NCBI GenBank assembly: GCA_046537845.1 | Contig: JBKHKA010000001.1 | Location: 84,317-148,316, forward strand | DNA length: 64,000 bases | Direction of reading: 5' to 3' | DNA from: Candidatus Aenigmatarchaeota archaeon | GTDB taxonomy: Archaea; Thermoplasmatota; Thermoplasmata; Halarchaeoplasmatales; Halarchaeoplasmataceae | Shown: in pieces, positions 59,355 to 64,000 of the stretch | Layout of the letters: each line of letters opens with the position of its first letter | Numbering within the stretch: the stretch's first letter is position 1 | The notes under the pieces: model-generated | What the model saw: the letters and a program-made list of their open reading frames with translations, nothing else | Told to the model about the DNA's origin: nothing | The model's database searches: none | Position numbers and translations under genes: made by a program

Positions 59355-62189
59355 TTATTCCGGTCGATCTGGCTCTATTTGATCTTCTTCCCCGGCTGAA
59401 CCCTCTCCAGGGCCTTTCCATCCGTGTTCCTTTTCTGCTGGAGAGTTTGTTTCCTCCGTCTCTCTAGTTTGAGGTCCTGTCGGCGGTCCTTTTTCTTCTT
59501 TCTGCTTTTTCTTTCCTTTCCCTTTAAAGAGCCCCGGAAGACCAAATCCTGGTTTTCCTGGTTCGCCGTAATAGGCCACGTAGAATACCGCCCCTATGAG
59601 CAGTAACAGGAGTATTATCCCGATAAGCCCCAGAAGCGAAAGGCCTCCGACGATGCGTAAGCTCATAACTGAAGGGTTTTCTTCGACCTCGATCGGTTCC
59701 GTGTTGAAAGTACCTCCATAGGACTCTACATGCATGAAATAAGTGCCGTCTGTGGTATCAGGTGCTTCGATGGTGAAAGTACCCTCCGGACTGTCCGTCT
59801 GTATCCTTCCGGACTCACCTGTAGCTTGGAAGTAGTAATGGATTGTGATCTTTTCGGGCAATTTTGCATCTCCGACGGGCCTCAATTTATAGTGGACCTC
59901 TATCTCTTCACCGGGTTCGTAAACACCCGTAGTGTATCTCGAACGTGACTCTAAACTTATCTCCAATTGATACCTCGATACTCTACGGAGGGTCAAAGAT
60001 TCTCTCACTAGTATGCCTTCATTCGAGACCACTTCCAACCTCACTTCATAGGAAGAGGTCGGTTCCTCCGGTACTTCGAATGTGAATTCACCTTCCTCTA
60101 TCGGTTCGGCCGTCTCTATTATATCGCCCTGCGCGTCGATTATCTTATACATCTCCGAGCGGGTCACGTTGGCGCCTATGACTTCGTAATCAAAGTCTAT
60201 AGTTTCTCCGCCCTTGTACTCGGTCTGGTCGGCGTTCAAAAGAAGATCGATATCCAAAACGGGTATCTCCATATAGTCAGATCCTGTAGCCTCTTGATCC
60301 ATCTTAGCGTCGACTCTGACATACAAAGTATCGTCCTGATCGAAGTTCTCTGGGACTGTGAAGGTTATCGTTCCTCCGGTTGCATAATCCCTTTCATAGA
60401 CCTTCTGAACCATCCCTGGCTCTCCTTTGAACACTTCATACTTGACGTTAGCGTTCACCACCTCTCCTTGTTGGGTGACGGTATAGCTCACCTCGACATC
60501 TTCGCCGGGCGAATAACTGTGCTTGTTTCTGTCCAAGATGACATCCAACCTGCTTATCTCTTCTTTGATCTGGATCTCCTGTTCAGGTGCATAAGCCTCC
60601 ATATCGTGTTTTTCTGCACTAACGTTGACATGGTAGAATCCTCCGCTGATGTCCTCTGAAAGATGGATCGGGATTACCACGTCTCCTCGGTCGTCGGTTC
60701 TACCAGTGGATTCGTAACCCTCCACGACCTCGCCTTCATGTTTGAGTATCACCGTTACTTCAGCCTCTTCGACCGGCGAATCGGAAACACTTGTTTGCGC
60801 GGTCACATAGATCTTCTGGCCGGGGATATATTCTCCACTGTCTGTTCCAAAGCTCACCTGCAGTTCACCCACGTTTATGTCCCGTCTCCAATGAGTGCTG
60901 TGCTCCTGCTGTGTTCCGTTGGCCCATAGGTCTATCCTCAAGCTGCCAGGGACCAATATATCACTGGGGACTTCAAAATCAAAATGCCCGGTATAAGATA
61001 CGCTTTCTTTTTCAACTCTTTCGTTGTAATCCTCGTCATAATAGGTTATCCTGTACTCAACATCCATGTTCTCGGCTTGCGAACCGTCTATCAATCTCTC
61101 CACGGTATAATGTACCTCCACTGTCTCCTGTGGAATATAGGCGGCCTTATCCGTGGTCGCATCCAATAAGTACTTCTTCAATTCGAAAGCTTGATCTTCT
61201 AACAGCTCGCCGTCGGTTGAATAGACCACCACGTAGTAAGTTCCGTCGGGTTCGTCTTCGGGGATCGTGTATTCTTCAGTCCAGATCTGATTTTCGAACT
61301 CTTGATCAGCCCACTCGGCATCATCCATCACCCTGTAGGGCTCTTCGGTAGAGTTCTGGATCCTTATATCCACGGGATCACCAAAATTGCTCTCTATCCT
61401 TATCTCCATCTCTTGGCCCTGGGTATACTCGTTCTCTATGTCTATGTTGATCCCCACTATCGTGAATGTATCACTCGCATACAGCTCCTCATCTTGAAAG
61501 TCGTAAACTTCTATAGTATAATCTCCAAGGCCGTCCAACTCCCAGGCCCGGAAGCTGTCCTGGACATTGCCGTCTTCGTCCACCTGATATTGACCTATCC
61601 TCTGAGAGGAAGCTCCTTCCTTTTGGACGTACACGTTGACCCCTTCCGGTTGGATATCCTGTTCGGGAGGCCAACCGTATTGATCTCTTATCCTAGCTTC
61701 GAAATAGACCCACTCGTTTTCATTGAAATACTCTTTACTTTCTCCTTCCGCATCGGTCGTTTCCACTGTAGAGCCCACTGTGAAATCCTGCTCTTCATAG
61801 ACAATGATATCACGGGTGGCTACAACTTCCTCTGCTTCAGTATCATAAAGTTCAAGGTAGTATTCTCCGACTCCGTCGTGCTGCAAAAAGGTCTGAGGAT
61901 AATCAGAACTGATGTATCTGCCGTCCCCATCGGTCGTCACGTAAACCTGATCCTGGATATCTTCATTTTCATCGATCAGTCTGACTCGATATTCGATATT
62001 TGAGTCCGCAAAGATATCGAAATTGATATTATGGTCTACCAAAAACTCGTCCCGCCGATTTCCTTCGTCGTCTGTGGGGTATATCTCATCTTCTTGCAGT
62101 GCAAGGGCTGGACTAATCACCACGGAGAACAAGGAAAAGATCAATAGAGATATCACTACCACGCCTAGGATTTTTTTCTTTTTCATCAT
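59355..62189 (-). CDS. Large acidic cell-surface protein with repeated macroglobulin (MG)-like beta-sandwich modules, C-terminal TM anchor
   Basis: Start taken at MMKKKKILGVVVISLLIFSLFSVVISPALALQ (signal peptide). Recurrent module starts are DKAAYIPQETVEVHYTV, SGEYIPGQKIYVTAQT, KHSYSPGEDVEVSYTV, QTEYKGGETIDFDYEV and TGVYEPGEEIEVHYKL. C-terminal helix LSLLGLIGIILLLLLIGAVFYVAYY, then a Lys/Gly/Glu-rich tail. Confidence 0.75.
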   Translation of the reverse strand: MMKKKKILGVVVISLLIFSLFSVVISPALALQEDEIYPTDDEGNRRDEFLVDHNINFDIFADSNIEYRVRLIDENEDIQDQVYVTTDGDGRYISSDYPQTFLQHDGVGEYYLELYDTEAEEVVATRDIIVYEEQDFTVGSTVETTDAEGESKEYFNENEWVYFEARIRDQYGWPPEQDIQPEGVNVYVQKEGASSQRIGQYQVDEDGNVQDSFRAWELDGLGDYTIEVYDFQDEELYASDTFTIVGINIDIENEYTQGQEMEIRIESNFGDPVDIRIQNSTEEPYRVMDDAEWADQEFENQIWTEEYTIPEDEPDGTYYVVVYSTDGELLEDQAFELKKYLLDATTDKAAYIPQETVEVHYTVERLIDGSQAENMDVEYRITYYDEDYNERVEKESVSYTGHFDFEVPSDILVPGSLRIDLWANGTQQEHSTHWRRDINVGELQVSFGTDSGEYIPGQKIYVTAQTSVSDSPVEEAEVTVILKHEGEVVEGYESTGRTDDRGDVVIPIHLSEDISGGFYHVNVSAEKHDMEAYAPEQEIQIKEEISRLDVILDRNKHSYSPGEDVEVSYTVTQQGEVVNANVKYEVFKGEPGMVQKVYERDYATGGTITFTVPENFDQDDTLYVRVDAKMDQEATGSDYMEIPVLDIDLLLNADQTEYKGGETIDFDYEVIGANVTRSEMYKIIDAQGDIIETAEPIEEGEFTFEVPEEPTSSYEVRLEVVSNEGILVRESLTLRRVSRYQLEISLESRSRYTTGVYEPGEEIEVHYKLRPVGDAKLPEKITIHYYFQATGESGRIQTDSPEGTFTIEAPDTTDGTYFMHVESYGGTFNTEPIEVEENPSVMSLRIVGGLSLLGLIGIILLLLLIGAVFYVAYYGEPGKPGFGLPGLFKGKGKKKQKEEKGPPTGPQTRETEETNSPAEKEHGWKGPGEGSAGEEDQIEPDRPE

Positions 62190-62367
62190 CTTCTCACCTA
62201 CCTTTATTTTTTCAGCTCTATCCAACATATCTATTAACCAAATAAGAGTTTTCGTATATAAATCTTTTAGTACCGCTTAATAATTTAGAGAATAATGATT
62301 AATTTTAAATATGTTTATGTGCAATCGGGTTGGACATGACGAGTTTTGACCGGGAGGAAAAAAACAT

Positions 62368-63402
62368 ATGATCCGGTTCGGTCCCAGCGGTATCCCGTTG
62401 TCCTGCAAAGGAAGAACCTTAGAGGACGGGATAGAGGACGTACACAAGCTGGGTTTGAGCGCCTTCGAGGTCCAATTCCTCAGGCCTAAAGTGAGGACTA
62501 GACCGGTAGAGGAAGAAGACGTGGGCTTGAAAGCGAAGGAGGTCCCGGGAAAATTCATCATAGGTGTCAACAGAGGACGGGATTACAGGGAGATCTTCGT
62601 CGAAGATCTAGATAAAGAACTTGAACCCGGTGATATGACGCACTCCATCACCGGAGGGGTCGCTGAAGATTTTCATAAATTTCCCAAGTTGGCAAGGTTG
62701 AGTAAAGAATTGGATATAAAGATGTCTCTGCACACACCCTATTATATGAAATTCACAGAAAGGGACACAGAACCTGTAAAAAAATCGAAAAGGTGTTTCA
62801 GATACGGCGCCATAATGATGGATCTACTCGATGGAGGGCCGATCATCACGCATCTCGGATTCAAAGATAATGAGGATATAGAAGATATAGAGGACGCCGC
62901 GGTGAAGAACCTTAGAGACTTGAGAGATTGGGTGTCAAAGAACTGCGAAAACGATATAAAGATAGGCATCGAAACTCAAACAGGAGAGGACATATACGGA
63001 AGCCTCGACGAAACTTTGAATATCTGCCGTAAAGTGTCAGACACGGTCCCCGTGATCAATTTTGCACACGTAAAAGTAGAAGGGAAATACCCTCTAGAAA
63101 ACGAAGAGGATTTTGCCGATATATTCGATATGTGCAGTAACTTTGTGGAAGACGAATACTATGTCAATTTTTCTGGGGTAGAGGAAAGAAGGAAGAACGA
63201 ATGCCGTTTGACCCCCATAAAAAGGGGGGAACTGCGCTTTGAAGATTTGGTAGAGTATCTAATCGATACAGAAGAGAACATAAATATCATCTCTACCTCG
63301 CCCTTAAAAGAACACGACGCCATGTATATGAAAGTCATCTTTGAACGTATCTATACCAGAGAGATAGGAAAAGAATTGAGAAGAGAGAGAAAAGATGGAT
63401 GA
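62368..63402 (+). CDS. TIM-barrel protein, AP endonuclease family 2 / xylose-isomerase-like (endonuclease IV-related)
   Basis: 344 aa. MIRFGPSGIPLSCKG..GLSAFEVQF.. and ..SLHTPYYM.., ..ITHLGF.. resemble archaeal endonuclease-IV-related TIM barrels (from memory). Apparent ~55-aa insertion after the first strand-helix unit. Confidence 0.5.
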   Translation: MIRFGPSGIPLSCKGRTLEDGIEDVHKLGLSAFEVQFLRPKVRTRPVEEEDVGLKAKEVPGKFIIGVNRGRDYREIFVEDLDKELEPGDMTHSITGGVAEDFHKFPKLARLSKELDIKMSLHTPYYMKFTERDTEPVKKSKRCFRYGAIMMDLLDGGPIITHLGFKDNEDIEDIEDAAVKNLRDLRDWVSKNCENDIKIGIETQTGEDIYGSLDETLNICRKVSDTVPVINFAHVKVEGKYPLENEEDFADIFDMCSNFVEDEYYVNFSGVEERRKNECRLTPIKRGELRFEDLVEYLIDTEENINIISTSPLKEHDAMYMKVIFERIYTREIGKELRRERKDG

Positions 63403-63967
63403 AAGAAAAAAAGAAGAGGTCTTGAAAAAGAGCGTGGATCATATCCTCGATACGATAAAAGATTCCCTAAATACTGCTGACTTCAAGAAAGTGAGCCTCG
63501 CTGTGGATTTGATAAGCACGTCGAACAACATCTTCGTTTACGGCTCTGGAAGATCCGGACTTGTTGGGAGAACTTTCGCCATGCGGTTGATGCAGCTAGG
63601 ACTGAACTCATATTTTATCGGTGAAACCACGACACCAGCGGTAAAAGAGGAGGACTGTGTGATCTTGGTGTCTAAAACAGGGGAGACTCAAACAGCAATA
63701 CAGACCGCTCGCATCGTCAGTGAACGGGTGCCGGATGCGGACATAATAATCCTTTCAGCCAGCCCAGATTCCTCCTTGGTAGAGTACGGGGACCTCAATC
63801 TGATCATAGATCTCCAAGACGGTATGGAAGATAACGTTCTAGCTCCACTCGGGACCGTGTTCGAAGACACCGCTATGATCTTTCTAGACGGGATAGTAGC
63901 GGTGTTGATGCAGCATCTCGACGAGGACGTTGAGGACCTGAAAGATAGACATCCTATTTTGGTGTGA
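63395..63967 (+). CDS. hxlB: 6-phospho-3-hexuloisomerase (SIS domain)
   Basis: 190 aa. ..IFVYGSGRSGLVGRTFAMRLMQLGLNSYFIGETTTPA..DCVILVSKTGET.. is the PHI/SIS pattern. Overlaps the upstream gene by 8 nt. Confidence 0.8.
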   Translation: MDERKKEEVLKKSVDHILDTIKDSLNTADFKKVSLAVDLISTSNNIFVYGSGRSGLVGRTFAMRLMQLGLNSYFIGETTTPAVKEEDCVILVSKTGETQTAIQTARIVSERVPDADIIILSASPDSSLVEYGDLNLIIDLQDGMEDNVLAPLGTVFEDTAMIFLDGIVAVLMQHLDEDVEDLKDRHPILV

Positions 63968-64000
63968 ACCAGTAGTTTCCACCTTGGGAGCTAACATGCA

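Noticed and set aside
59424-62280. Plus-strand ORFs up to 233 aa within the 957-aa surface-protein gene
   Set aside because: They are antisense shadows with biased composition. The minus-strand frame has a signal peptide, a repeat architecture and a TM anchor.

Overview
This is a compact, gene-dense archaeal chromosome segment. I call about 55 protein genes, one tRNA-Phe and one stand-alone 23S rRNA gene.

**Archaeal hallmarks:** PolD small and large subunits, TFB, Gar1, thermosome, FEN-1, archaeal-type LeuRS and TrpRS, SRP54, CDP-archaeol synthase, Trm11 and an A24 prepilin/preflagellin peptidase.

**Overall content:** most genes are housekeeping, covering translation, replication, nucleotide metabolism (purD, guaB, pyrE, tmk, class II RNR) and UDP-GlcNAc synthesis (glmS, glmU-like). 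Intergenic spacers are short, and many neighbouring genes overlap by 1-8 nt.

**Lineage guess (inference only, no search possible):** a small-genome, halophile-related archaeon, possibly DPANN/Nanohaloarchaeota-like. The grounds are:
- the TFB and several other proteins look Halobacteria-like from memory;
- many proteins are rich in Glu and Asp;
- the 23S rRNA is not linked to a 16S or 5S gene;
- large acidic surface proteins are present.

**Not found:** CRISPR array, transposase, integrase or recognisable defence system. The only mobile element is a LAGLIDADG intein in the RNR gene.

**Most unusual items:**
1. A surface-protein locus at 22.4-26.0 kb with near-identical 360-bp coding repeats. 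Its large protein and the small membrane zinc-ribbon protein next to it share a Pro/Gln/Glu-rich tail.
2. A second giant surface protein with macroglobulin-like (MG-like) repeats at 59.4-62.2 kb.
3. A DUF126 (AcnX small subunit)-Nudix fusion preceded by a 67-codon relic of the AcnX large subunit.
4. An uncharacterised cassette of radical SAM, isochorismatase-like and flavoprotein genes.
5. A KaiC-like ATPase pair in which one member has lost its P-loop.
6. A TrpRS with a Cys4 motif resembling an Fe-S site.
7. An isochorismatase-family gene whose catalytic Asp codon lies just upstream of its only canonical start codon.

I did not find a clear-cut new multi-gene system. The items above are leads, not demonstrations.
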